NCBI GenBank assembly: GCA_015062445.1
Contig: SUUQ01000006.1
Coordinates: 1,142 to 65,141, forward strand
Source: Alphaproteobacteria bacterium
Lineage (GTDB): Bacteria > Pseudomonadota > Alphaproteobacteria > Rs-D84
Reading direction: 5' to 3'
DNA: 64,000 bases
A program made the position numbers and the translations under genes. The notes beneath the pieces were generated by a model, which was given only the letters and a program-made list of their open reading frames with translations, was not told the DNA's origin and ran no database searches. Shown here piece after piece: positions 40,740 through 50,592 of this stretch. Every line of letters starts with the position of its first letter. Position 1 is the first letter of the stretch.

Positions 40740-40830
40740 TCAGTTCTCTCTACTGCTTTCAGTTTATCACATTTTGCGAATCGGGGTCAATACCTTTTTC
40801 TGCTTTTTCCTAAAAATCTTGCTACTTTTT

Positions 40831-41547
40831 TTAGAACTCGTACCGCAATCCGATTGAAATCGAATTATCCAGGATTAAACCAACCTTGTTTGAAATATCA
40901 TATTCATCATACGGTGGTTCAACATACTGAAATGAACGATTATGTTCTGGCCCAACCAGTGCTGACAAGCGATACCGCAAATCCAACCACAGGTTATAAT
41001 CCAACTTATGTGCATAGCCGAACATCAGCGCCCCCATCGGCGACACACCACGCTCGCTGTCGTCACCACCGACAAAATCTGCACCATACCACTTCACTGT
41101 TGGCAACGCGATACCAGCACCTGCCCCAACATAAAAGCCATTTGCAAAATCATAGTACGCATTTGCGATTACATATGGGATAGTCAACTTGAACGTTGTA
41201 CCAACATCATCATGTTCATGTGAACCAATCAGCCCACCTTCAACTTCTGCACGCCAGAAATAATCCAAACGATATCCCGCAAACAGACCGCCCCCAAAGA
41301 CAACCTCTGTATACGATTCATTATCCAACATTTCACTGTTTGGCGCATCAGTATCATATTCATTTTCCCAATTCAGCAAACTCAAACTGGCACGTCCACC
41401 GATATACCACCCTGACTTTTCTTTTTCATAATAATCATAGTTAACAGTATAACCACCATCATTATTACGAACCAAATGACTTGGTGCTGCATTTACTGCT
41501 GTGGCTGTTACGGCCGCCAACACTGCCACTGACAAAATTTTTTTCAT
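40831..41547 (-). CDS. Small outer-membrane beta-barrel protein (Opa/Ail/OmpA-like, about 8 strands)
   Basis: Signal peptide; GWYIGG, WRAEVEG, ANAYYDF, FYVGAGAG, LDLRYR; C-terminal IGLRYEF. Confidence 0.85.
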   Translation of the reverse strand: MKKILSVAVLAAVTATAVNAAPSHLVRNNDGGYTVNYDYYEKEKSGWYIGGRASLSLLNWENEYDTDAPNSEMLDNESYTEVVFGGGLFAGYRLDYFWRAEVEGGLIGSHEHDDVGTTFKLTIPYVIANAYYDFANGFYVGAGAGIALPTVKWYGADFVGGDDSERGVSPMGALMFGYAHKLDYNLWLDLRYRLSALVGPEHNRSFQYVEPPYDEYDISNKVGLILDNSISIGLRYEF

Positions 41548-41692
41548 AATAAACCCTCCAATTTTTCCTATAGTATACCATAAAATTAATCAGTTTCCAA
41601 AAACAAAAAAACAATTATTGACATCTTTTTGCATTTTTTGCTAAATTTCACTTGTAGAAAACTTTTATTCACATTACAGAAAGGAAGACAAC

Positions 41693-42097
41693 ATGAAAAA
41701 AATCATCTTAGCATTGGCAACTCTGGCAATTGCCGCCTGCGCACACGCACCAAAAGAACTTGACGGCCAACACGCATTTTTTGAATTCGATTCGGCCGTT
41801 ATCACACCTGCCGCCCGTGACAGTCTACAGGGCCAGGCATTATACATGAAGAAAAACCCTGACATCAAAATTACCCTGCAGGGTCGTTGTGACGAACGTG
41901 GCTCGACCGATTACAACCTGGCCTTGGGTGCGCTGCGTGCCGGCAATGCTGCCCACGTCATGATTCACGAAGGCATCGAACCAGAACGCATCAAAACAAT
42001 TTCATACGGCAAAGAAAACCCAATCTATCCTGGAACCGGCGAAGAAGTTTGGGCCAAAAACCGTAACACAACAACAGTTGTTCGCAAAACAAAGTAA
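41693..42097 (+). CDS. pal: Peptidoglycan-associated lipoprotein (OmpA-C domain)
   Basis: Lipobox IAAC; FFEFDS; GRCDERGSTDYNLALG; ISYGKENP; WAKNR. Confidence 0.9.
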   Translation: MKKIILALATLAIAACAHAPKELDGQHAFFEFDSAVITPAARDSLQGQALYMKKNPDIKITLQGRCDERGSTDYNLALGALRAGNAAHVMIHEGIEPERIKTISYGKENPIYPGTGEEVWAKNRNTTTVVRKTK

Positions 42098-42160
42098 AAA
42101 AATGCCCCACCGGGGCATTTTTATTTGACGATAAAATTTTTTTCTATTATATTCCATACC

Positions 42161-42949
42161 ATGGAAGAAAAGACAGCAATCTCGTTTGCAAATGTGGCGG
42201 CACGTTATGACGATTCGCCAGAAATACTGACTGACGTATCATTTAACATCAGCAACGGTTCATTTTATTTCTTGTCTGGCGCGTCCGGTGCGGGCAAAAC
42301 AACCCTGTTACGACTAATTTACCAATTGCATCGCCCATCACGGGGTCAAATAAAGTTATTTGGTAAAAACACTGGCGACATGTCACGCAACGAAATCACC
42401 AAACTGCGTCAACGCATGGCAATTGTATTCCAGTCATATTCACTGTTATCCCACCTGTCTGTATTTGACAATATTGCGTTACCACTGCGTGTACGTGGTA
42501 TATCCGAAAACAAAATCAAAACACTGGTGACCAAGGTACTGGATTGGGTTGGACTGGGCAAATTTGCAGATGCCGCCCCACTCTCTCTGTCCGGCGGCCA
42601 ACAGCAACGTGTATCAGTTGCCCGTGCCATTATTATCCAGCCATCTATACTGCTGGCTGACGAACCGACTGGAAACCTTGACCCAGAAAACGCATCACGT
42701 TTAATGGAATTGTTTGTTCAAATGAACAAAATGTTTGGCACAACAATTATTTTGGCCACACACAGCACCGAATTAATGAAGACATATAATTTTCCTGTGA
42801 TTCATGTTGAAAATCACCGCGTATCATTTTCTGGCATCACCCCCCAAAAAACACCCGACCCCCAGCCCCAAAAAATATGGCGCGGTCCAAAACCACAATC
42901 ATATTTCACAGAATTATCGAAACAATTTGACGAAATTGGGAACGCATAA
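42161..42949 (+). CDS. ftsE: Cell division ABC ATPase FtsE
   Basis: GASGAGKTT, LSGGQQQRV, LLADEPTGNLD; coupled to ftsX; ATG at 42161 preferred. Confidence 0.9.
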   Translation: MEEKTAISFANVAARYDDSPEILTDVSFNISNGSFYFLSGASGAGKTTLLRLIYQLHRPSRGQIKLFGKNTGDMSRNEITKLRQRMAIVFQSYSLLSHLSVFDNIALPLRVRGISENKIKTLVTKVLDWVGLGKFADAAPLSLSGGQQQRVSVARAIIIQPSILLADEPTGNLDPENASRLMELFVQMNKMFGTTIILATHSTELMKTYNFPVIHVENHRVSFSGITPQKTPDPQPQKIWRGPKPQSYFTELSKQFDEIGNA

Positions 42950-43788
42950 TGACAAAAAGACCACTTGTATTTTCATTGGTACGTGAACAATCCGTATTTA
43001 TGACCGCAATCATATCGTTACTGACCTTTTTATCCGTACTGGCATTGGGGGTCGCCTTATCCATTGGCACCGGGGTCCTGCGTTGGAATTCCCAGTGGGA
43101 ATTATTCGCCACTGTCCAGGTCACAACCCCAGACAACGTTGACCAGACCGCACAAATAATCAAATCGAACGCAGACAAAATGGAACAGGTCAATAAAATC
43201 AGCACAGAACAAATGCACGACTTGATGTCCCCCTGGGTATCCGGTGGCAGTGTTTTAACAGATTACCTGCCCCAGATGTGGGAAATCCAGTTTAAAACAA
43301 AATCCGACATGGATACAGTCGGCACAGCCCTGTCTAAAAACGCACGTTTTTTACCGCATGCCAGCGCACTGCAATCATCAACCACTGCGGGGTGGAAGAT
43401 GATAATCATGGCCACATTGATACTAGCACTGACATTGGGGACCATTGGTATATGCATATCATATATTGCCCGCAACACCGCAATGCTGCACCGCCGCGAA
43501 CTGGAAATCCTGAACCAGATTGGCGCATCTGACGAATTTATCGCCAAACAGATGCAAATAATTGTTGCGAAAATCAGTTTAATTGCATCTGGGTTTGGTT
43601 TTGTATGCGCCCTGCCAATATTGCTGCTATTATTATCCACGGCACATTCTGCCCGCATTGGTTTAATGGCGATGATGGGGTTGTCTGGTGGTGGGTGGCT
43701 GACACTGTTAATGTTGCCACTGGCGATTGTTATATTTTCTATATATATAACCCGCCGCACAACAATCAAGATTCTTCAGGCGGCATAA
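42949..43788 (+). CDS. ftsX: Cell division permease FtsX-like protein
   Basis: Four-TM layout; HRRELEILNQIGASDEFIAKQ. Confidence 0.85.
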   Translation: MTKRPLVFSLVREQSVFMTAIISLLTFLSVLALGVALSIGTGVLRWNSQWELFATVQVTTPDNVDQTAQIIKSNADKMEQVNKISTEQMHDLMSPWVSGGSVLTDYLPQMWEIQFKTKSDMDTVGTALSKNARFLPHASALQSSTTAGWKMIIMATLILALTLGTIGICISYIARNTAMLHRRELEILNQIGASDEFIAKQMQIIVAKISLIASGFGFVCALPILLLLLSTAHSARIGLMAMMGLSGGGWLTLLMLPLAIVIFSIYITRRTTIKILQAA

Positions 43789-43789
43789 C

Positions 43790-44308
43790 ATGAACATACG
43801 GTGTTTTCTGACCCCATCATTTGTGTTATTCAGTTGCTTTATTCTGGGCGGCATGATATTCAAGGCCACCACCCCCATCCAATGCGGTACAATTTTACCG
43901 AACGACAGCATATTTGTTTTAACAGGCGATGAACGACGCATACCATTTGCAATGCGCAAAATGCACGAATTTCCGAACGCAGACCTGTACATTATTGGGG
44001 CTGGCGCCCAGGGCAAGATAGATGTTGCCCGCCCTGCGATAATTGAATCTGCATCAAAATCGACCTATCAGAACGCACTGGCGATACGTGAAATTGCGAC
44101 GGCACGCAACCTTGACCGTGTTGTACTGATCACCACCGAAGACCACATAACCCGTGCCAAATACCTGGTCCAGTCTGAATTACCCAACACAGAAATCATA
44201 ACCTGTCCTGCAACCTTGACCGGCATGCCACCTGGAAAAAGACTTGAAAGATGGGCCACCGAATATATAAAATACATCGTAACAATGCTGGGTATCAAAG
44301 AAAGTTAA
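43790..44308 (+). CDS. YdcF/ElyC (DUF218) family protein
   Basis: VLTGDERRI, STYQNA, LITTEDHITRA; ftsX-ydcF-plsC context typical of Alphaproteobacteria. Confidence 0.8.
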   Translation: MNIRCFLTPSFVLFSCFILGGMIFKATTPIQCGTILPNDSIFVLTGDERRIPFAMRKMHEFPNADLYIIGAGAQGKIDVARPAIIESASKSTYQNALAIREIATARNLDRVVLITTEDHITRAKYLVQSELPNTEIITCPATLTGMPPGKRLERWATEYIKYIVTMLGIKES

Positions 44309-44336
44309 AGAAACACTGGAAGCAAAGGAAAAACAC

Positions 44337-45044
44337 ATGATAAGAACAATTCTTTTCAAAATCGCATTACTGATATACTTTTTATTATGGTCACCACTGC
44401 TGTTATTGGGCCTGGTATCCAGTAAATTATCCCGCAAATTGGTTTATACTGATGCGGCTGGCACATTGGTGTTGGCACGGCTGATTTGTGGCATAAAATA
44501 CCAGGTACACTACCCTGCCACCGAAGAAAACGGCATCCCAGCAATGCCAGACGGCAACAAACGTCTGGACGGCAAATCAATAATTGCAGCCAAACACATG
44601 TCAATACTGGAAATCGCTGTAATATCCAAGGTTGTCCCCAACACATTTTTCATCCTGAAACGCGAGTTACTATGGATACCGATTTACGGCTGGGCATTTT
44701 GGCGCTGTGGCATGCTGGGTGTAAATCGTGCCCGTGGCAAGACCAACATGAAAAAACTGGCCAGTGACGTTGAAAAACGTGTATTAAACGGTTATACACT
44801 GGTCATATTCCCCGAAGGCACCCGTGCCAAACCCGGTCAAAAAATAGAATTAAAACGTGGTCTGCTGTTATTGGCCCACACATTAAAATTGCCAATTTTA
44901 CCTGTTGGCACAGACGCAGGCCTTTATTGGCCCAAGCATGGCCGCATGCATTCTGGCACCGCCAATGTATGGTTTGAACCATTATTGCCATGTAATGCAT
45001 CTTTGAACGAAATCAGCGAAGCAATCAACCGCCACAGCGCATAA
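44337..45044 (+). CDS. plsC: 1-acyl-sn-glycerol-3-phosphate acyltransferase
   Basis: AAKHMSILE (HxxxxD-like), LKRELLWIPIYGW, IFPEGTR. Confidence 0.88.
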   Translation: MIRTILFKIALLIYFLLWSPLLLLGLVSSKLSRKLVYTDAAGTLVLARLICGIKYQVHYPATEENGIPAMPDGNKRLDGKSIIAAKHMSILEIAVISKVVPNTFFILKRELLWIPIYGWAFWRCGMLGVNRARGKTNMKKLASDVEKRVLNGYTLVIFPEGTRAKPGQKIELKRGLLLLAHTLKLPILPVGTDAGLYWPKHGRMHSGTANVWFEPLLPCNASLNEISEAINRHSA

Positions 45045-45345
45045 AATAAATTAGAATGTTTTAGATATGGGATGGGGGGGCGACAACGTAGTGTACAAAC
45101 GCTACATAAGATGCCCACACTCGCACACAGCACATCAGATGCGTAAAATAAATTAGAATGATTTAGATAAAATCAAATCGGGCATCGCAGTGTACAGAAC
45201 GTTACATAAGATGCCCGTCTCCACACACAGCCCATCAGATGCGTAAAAATAAATTAGAATGATTTAGATATGGGATGGGGGCGACAACGTAGTGTACAAA
45301 ACGCTACATGAGTTGTCGCCCCCGCCCATAGATGAATTATTATAA
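45043..45345 (+). repeat. Three tandem ~100-bp palindromic repeat units
   Basis: aaaataaattagaatg...tttagata starts at about 45043, 45145 and 45246, each with a gtgtaca..tacat core. Confidence 0.92.
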
Positions 45346-45346
45346 T

Positions 45347-45760
45347 TTATTTTTCACACCAGCCGGCACGTTTACCACCCCTGTACGGACGTCCAACCCC
45401 AGAATCTATCAAAATCTGACCGACATCACGTCCATCTGGCATAATGACATTTGCATTAATCCGCCCCAGATATTTATCATCTTTGATATTTTGTAAATCA
45501 ACCACCGTTCCCCGGGGCAGCAATGTCGCCAACAAATCCTTGGCATTTTGTGCCATAATCTTTTCCGCCTGACACTTTCCGTTCATTTCTGGTGTATCGA
45601 TATTTATCAAGCGCACCCGCACAGTAATTTCTATATCATCCGCCAACATAACCTGGCCGGAAAAGGTATCGCCATCAAAAATATAGTCAACCACTGCCGG
45701 CACCGCAAACGCACCTGACGACACACAGACCATCATACAAAACATCAATAACTTTTTCAT
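45347..45760 (-). CDS. Secreted thermonuclease (SNase-like) family protein
   Basis: Signal peptide; DGDTF, VRLINIDTPEM, DKYLGR. Confidence 0.9.
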   Translation of the reverse strand: MKKLLMFCMMVCVSSGAFAVPAVVDYIFDGDTFSGQVMLADDIEITVRVRLINIDTPEMNGKCQAEKIMAQNAKDLLATLLPRGTVVDLQNIKDDKYLGRINANVIMPDGRDVGQILIDSGVGRPYRGGKRAGWCEK

Positions 45761-45806
45761 AATACTTCCCTATTACATGATAAAAAACGCCCAACGGGCG
45801 TTTTTT

Positions 45807-47126
45807 TTACGGCAATCTGGGCGACCAAGTCGGTTCAACACCATTTATACCGTCTGGCAATTCGATATCATAAATATTTTGCCCTGTGATATCGACACTG
45901 CGAATATGACTGATACGTTCAATATCATCAACATCACGTTCTGTTTCATAATAGACGATGCGCCGTGATCCTGGGGCCCATGAAGGGGCCTCCATAAACC
46001 AGCCACCGGCCAGTATTTTTTCATTTCTGCCCCGTGGGTCCATAATCCCGACATAGAATGTATCATCCGCCATTTTTGTAAATGCGATAAATTGCCCATC
46101 TGGCGACCAGGCCGGTGTTGCATACCGCCCATTTCCATATGTCAAACGTTTAACTTCGCCCGATTCCAGGTCCAGTACATGAATCTGTTGCCGTCCAGAT
46201 CTGTCGCTGTTAAATGCCATTTTTTTACCGTCTGGCGAATAAGATGGACTGGTATTAATTGAATTACCAAAGGTTAATTGACGCAGTTTTTTTGTTTCAA
46301 TATCATATTCATATATATGTGTCACCCCTTTTTTCACCAGCGAAATGGCAACTTTTTTACCATCCGGCGAGAATCGTGGCGAAAAGTTCATTCCCCCAAA
46401 CATTCCCAACCTGCGCTGTTCACCAGTATCCAGATCTAAACTCCACACCATTGGATCATCATCATAGTATGACAAGAACACAATTGATTGCATATTTGGC
46501 GAAAAGTGCGGCGACATAACAAACGTATCTTTATCTGACAGATATCGCATCCCATAACCATCTTGGTCCATAATTGCCATACGTTTTGTACGATTATAAA
46601 TTGGTCCTGTTTCTGCAATGAACACGATTTGCGTATCAAAGTACCCGATTTCCCCGGTTAATCTTTCATATATTGCATCTGCCATGATATGCGCCATACG
46701 GCGAACAGACTTGCGCGATGCAACCAGCGATTGTGCCTCTATCTGTTCTTTGCCATCAACGTCCCAAACAAAAAACTCTAATCTATATCTATCTTTGGAA
46801 TCTTTGGTTAACTTTGCCTGAACCAAGACCTGTGTTTTTATTGCCTTCCATGATTGAAAGTTTGGCATTGCATGCATTTTAACATATTCTGGGAACGCAT
46901 CATGATTAACGATACGAAACAGCCCAGTACGCTTCAGGTCATTTTCCACCACTTCACGTATCATGGTGGCATCCTTGCTGCGTGCACCGTCTGCAGTCTC
47001 GAATTTTTGAACAGCGATTGATATTGGCTTTGCAGCCCCTGCAACGATATCCACTTTTAATTCTGCCATGGCACCACCGACAGACAACAGAACCATCACC
47101 AACATGGTGAATAACTTCTTCAGCAT
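45807..47126 (-). CDS. tolB: Tol-Pal system beta-propeller protein TolB
   Basis: AHIMADAIYERLTGEIGYFDTQIVF, AIMDQDG, SPDG repeats. Confidence 0.95.
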   Translation of the reverse strand: MLKKLFTMLVMVLLSVGGAMAELKVDIVAGAAKPISIAVQKFETADGARSKDATMIREVVENDLKRTGLFRIVNHDAFPEYVKMHAMPNFQSWKAIKTQVLVQAKLTKDSKDRYRLEFFVWDVDGKEQIEAQSLVASRKSVRRMAHIMADAIYERLTGEIGYFDTQIVFIAETGPIYNRTKRMAIMDQDGYGMRYLSDKDTFVMSPHFSPNMQSIVFLSYYDDDPMVWSLDLDTGEQRRLGMFGGMNFSPRFSPDGKKVAISLVKKGVTHIYEYDIETKKLRQLTFGNSINTSPSYSPDGKKMAFNSDRSGRQQIHVLDLESGEVKRLTYGNGRYATPAWSPDGQFIAFTKMADDTFYVGIMDPRGRNEKILAGGWFMEAPSWAPGSRRIVYYETERDVDDIERISHIRSVDITGQNIYDIELPDGINGVEPTWSPRLP

Positions 47127-47259
47127 AAAAAATCCTTTCCATCTTGTTAAACAGACACACCAATTCTATAGACATAAATCAGAAAAATCAAACCGAATAT
47201 TATAAAAACTCGCACTACACAAACGCCAACACCGCCGCCATCACAACCGTACTGACACA

Positions 47260-47303
47260 TGTAAATATATTTGTATTGACAAATGTATTTACAATGGTAT
47301 AGT
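47260..47303 (+). promoter_or_regulatory. Sigma70 promoter overlapped by a 34-bp imperfect palindrome (candidate operator)
   Basis: TTGACA (47276)-16 nt-TATAGT; palindrome tgtaaata-t-atttgt-attg-acaaat-g-tatttaca at 47260-47293. Confidence 0.7.
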
Positions 47304-47348
47304 TCCTTGTAAACACGGCAGTATTGCCACATGTATAGGGGATTGTCT

Positions 47349-47573
47349 ATGCCAAACGTGATGCAACAATTATTTGTAATGAACATGGAAACCTTGCTGC
47401 GTGAATATGCCGCATACAAGGCATTTAACAAATCCGACTGCGTCATAAATATGCGAATTCCGCGTCCAATTTTGGACAAGATAAAAGAACTGGCCGACGC
47501 CCAGCACGTACCATATCAATCATTAATATCTTCTGTTTTATTTTCACTGGCAAATATCGAAGATAAAAAATAA
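47349..47573 (+). CDS. CopG/BrnA-like ribbon-helix-helix protein
   Basis: INMRIPRPILDKIKELADAQHVPYQSLI; ATG follows an AGGGGG RBS. Confidence 0.75.
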   Translation: MPNVMQQLFVMNMETLLREYAAYKAFNKSDCVINMRIPRPILDKIKELADAQHVPYQSLISSVLFSLANIEDKK

Positions 47574-47583
47574 CAACATAAAT

Positions 47584-48525
47584 ATGGGGGAACACAAAAT
47601 GCCAATACCATCAAAATCTGTTATCTATGAAACATTAAACAACACCCGTCACCTGCCCGCCCCCACACAATTGTCCCTGTTTTCGAAAAACGATACCGAC
47701 ACAGATAATGAATACTGGTACTATTCAGATTTACACAATCTGTTTGGCGAAGGTTGTTTCCCCACAACCTGCGGCATGAAAAACTATACATGGACCAAGA
47801 TAATCATGCCATACGAACAGAAACTGAACACAACCTATACACCCGCCACCCCAGATTTTTTCGATGGGCACATCATTGAATTTTCGCACAGCTATAATCT
47901 GGACGGACATTCATTCAAAAACGCAAACGATTTGCGCATATCACGTTACGGCTGTTGGTGCCTGTCCCGTGACAATCCATACATGATTTTTGCCCGCACA
48001 TACTTTCTGTCGCCAATAATTCGCAGCGACATGAATTTTTCCGACATGCAAAATTTATCATACCAGTTTGCCCGCCCCTACCTGCGTCACAGATTAACCC
48101 AATACGAAAAGCAATTGGCTGGCATCATCAACAAACACAATGGCGACTTTCGCCAAATCAATCACAGCATGGCACGAACACTGTTCTATGGCTACAGCAC
48201 TGCGGATATCAAATCGCAATATCACATCCCTGAACGCACCGGCGATCCAATCGCCAACTATATGGGTGCCGCATCATTAAATGCCAAGGCCGCCGCCCTG
48301 CGTGATACCATCTTCACATTTAACAATGCGCCCCGACAAAACATAAATGTATTATCCGAAATTCTGCACCACGAATTAACCCGCCAGCGCATCACGATGA
48401 TTCACGACCTGGACACACGTCCCGAACTGGACATTTTTTGCACCCCCGTATCCCAGGTACAAAACCAAATGAAACACACCGAACGCAATTTTATATATAC
48501 CTATCAAAACAAAAGAATCAGATAA
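47584..48525 (+). CDS. Divergent DinD-like (DNA-damage-inducible protein D) protein
   Basis: LRISRYGCWCL, FARTYF, RHRLTQYEKQLAG, PIANYM, RPE pattern resembling DinD as recalled; true start may be 47599. Confidence 0.55.
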   Translation: MGEHKMPIPSKSVIYETLNNTRHLPAPTQLSLFSKNDTDTDNEYWYYSDLHNLFGEGCFPTTCGMKNYTWTKIIMPYEQKLNTTYTPATPDFFDGHIIEFSHSYNLDGHSFKNANDLRISRYGCWCLSRDNPYMIFARTYFLSPIIRSDMNFSDMQNLSYQFARPYLRHRLTQYEKQLAGIINKHNGDFRQINHSMARTLFYGYSTADIKSQYHIPERTGDPIANYMGAASLNAKAAALRDTIFTFNNAPRQNINVLSEILHHELTRQRITMIHDLDTRPELDIFCTPVSQVQNQMKHTERNFIYTYQNKRIR

Positions 48526-48581
48526 TGGGGAAATAAAAATGCGACCAAACGGTCGCATTTTTTCCCACCGAAAACGAATAA

Positions 48582-48938
48582 TTATTCAAAGAAATTTTGC
48601 ACACATCCCAACGAACCGCCCTGACCGGCCATTGACATAAACACCGTCAAAATTGTTCCGATACTGAACAACAGAACAAAACCAACCAACAATCCAACAC
48701 CCTTTTCAGACACTTCTTTCTGAATATCAACCTTTCCTGCTTTTATATAACCCCATGCCCAACCAGCAATCGACATACCCGCACCAATAAATGCCAACAG
48801 ACGCAACATACTGAATATGCCATTAAATTCGGTTGCCAATTTGCACAGAACATTATTATAGTTCACCGCCGCCATTGCCGGCACCGATGCCATAATACCA
48901 ACCATTGCAAAACTTATTTTTTTCATCAGTTTTTTCAT
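48582..48938 (-). CDS. VirB2/TrbC-like pilin candidate
   Basis: Signal peptide ending AMA; two hydrophobic helices separated by a short Lys-rich loop; two Cys; 118 aa. Confidence 0.55.
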   Translation of the reverse strand: MKKLMKKISFAMVGIMASVPAMAAVNYNNVLCKLATEFNGIFSMLRLLAFIGAGMSIAGWAWGYIKAGKVDIQKEVSEKGVGLLVGFVLLFSIGTILTVFMSMAGQGGSLGCVQNFFE

Positions 48939-49035
48939 ATTAAAACCCCTTTACCTTTTCCAGTATTGTACCACAAATCATGACACAATTCAAACAATAT
49001 AAATAAAAAAATCCGCCATACGGCGGATAAGTTTT

Positions 49036-49371
49036 TTATTTTACAAACACATATTTTTTTGCACCGCATTTTTGTGCACAGCCACAGTCGGACTTGGCAA
49101 CTGGTGTCAAAACCTGACGTTCTGTACGTGGTGTCTGCCACATATTATCCTTTTGATACAGATCCCGGCACATTGTATTGCGATAGACAATTTTTTTATC
49201 TGAATCCAACAAACGAATATCATCAGAATATCTGCGACCACGTTCTGCGGAATAGAACACACAATCTTCGCCATCCTGGGTATAACGCACCCCACCTTTG
49301 TAATAGTCATAATATCCCCCACAGCCGGACAAAACGACCAAACCAAACAATGCAAATACAGTCTTTTTCAT
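49036..49371 (-). CDS. Cys-rich lipoprotein of unknown function
   Basis: Lipobox LSGC; C-terminal CGCAQKCG. Confidence 0.75.
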   Translation of the reverse strand: MKKTVFALFGLVVLSGCGGYYDYYKGGVRYTQDGEDCVFYSAERGRRYSDDIRLLDSDKKIVYRNTMCRDLYQKDNMWQTPRTERQVLTPVAKSDCGCAQKCGAKKYVFVK

Positions 49372-49527
49372 TTTTCACACCTTTACAAACGTTTTATCTC
49401 TGTCCGCCCCCAGTTTATGTCGTAATTGTTGCACAACCTGGGCCAATGTCAAGAAATCTGATAAAAAACAAACTGAAAAATCATAAAAAAATGTTATAAT
49501 CCATATAAACAGCCAAGGGAACAAACA

Positions 49528-50472
49528 ATGAAATATACAAAACTGGGTCTGACAAACACGAAACAAATGTTCCAAGACGCACTGACCGGTCGCTATGCAG
49601 TACCTGCATTTAACATATACAACATGGAAACGTTAATGGCGGTTTTATCTGCCGCCCGCACGACACACAGTCCGGTCATCCTGGGGGTATCAGAATCCGC
49701 ACTGAAATACATGGGGGCCGACATGCTGGTTGGGATGATTGGTGGATGTAACATATCACCAGATATGCAAATTGCACTGCACCTGGACCATGGCAATTCC
49801 GTTGCCGCATGCCAACACGCAATTGAAATCGGATTTTCATCCGTCATGATAGATGCCAGCAAACTGCCCTTTGATGAAAATGTAAAATTAACAAAACAGG
49901 TTGTTGATTTTGCCCACAAACACAATGTTTCTGTCGAATCTGAATTGGGCACACTGTCCGGCATTGAAGACGAAAATACATTTGGCACACAATCATCGTA
50001 TACAAACCCATCGGACGTGGAAAGATTTGTTCAGTTAACCGACACAGATTCCCTGGCGATTGCCATCGGCACCAGCCACGGCGCATACAAACGCACCGCC
50101 CCAACCCAAGAATTACGCTTTGACATATTATCAGAAATTGCCAAACGTCTGCCTGATTTTCCATTGGTTCTGCATGGTGCATCCAGCATCCCTACAGATT
50201 TAGTCAACACAATAAACGAATACGGTGGAAATCTATCTGGTACACTGGGAATCCCCAGCACACAACTGCGCCAGGCAACCCAAATGAACATATGCAAAAT
50301 AAATGTAGACAGTGATTTGCGTCTTGGCTTTACCGCTGCCGTTCGCCAGCACCTGGCACAAAATCCCAACAATTTTAATCCACGTGAAATTTTGGGTGCC
50401 GCCCGTGAAATGATGACAACCATTTGCATAAATGAAATAAGAAATATAATGGGTTCAGAAAATAAAAGATAA
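49528..50472 (+). CDS. fba: Class II fructose-bisphosphate aldolase
   Basis: YAVPAFN, ALHLDHG, SSVMIDAS, AIGTSHGAYK, LVLHGAS, KINVDSD. Confidence 0.95.
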   Translation: MKYTKLGLTNTKQMFQDALTGRYAVPAFNIYNMETLMAVLSAARTTHSPVILGVSESALKYMGADMLVGMIGGCNISPDMQIALHLDHGNSVAACQHAIEIGFSSVMIDASKLPFDENVKLTKQVVDFAHKHNVSVESELGTLSGIEDENTFGTQSSYTNPSDVERFVQLTDTDSLAIAIGTSHGAYKRTAPTQELRFDILSEIAKRLPDFPLVLHGASSIPTDLVNTINEYGGNLSGTLGIPSTQLRQATQMNICKINVDSDLRLGFTAAVRQHLAQNPNNFNPREILGAAREMMTTICINEIRNIMGSENKR

Positions 50473-50553
50473 TGATATAGATACCAGACGGGGGGGCACT
50501 CGGTGCCGGGGTGGGCCCCACCCTTTGTCATTGCGGCACCATACACACACTAT

Positions 50554-50583
50554 CGTCATACCGGCGGCGGCCGGTATCCATTG
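50554..50583 (+). repeat. Isolated type-B REP-like palindrome
   Basis: cgtcataccggcggcggccggtatccattg, identical to copies at 31162 and 31324. Confidence 0.9.
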
Positions 50584-50592
50584 TGCCCCCCC

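Noticed and set aside
33175-40857. Long plus-strand ORFs such as 37578-38645 and 34260-35027
   Set aside because: Antisense shadows of Ala-rich (GCA/GAT) repetitive genes, which naturally lack stops on the opposite strand.
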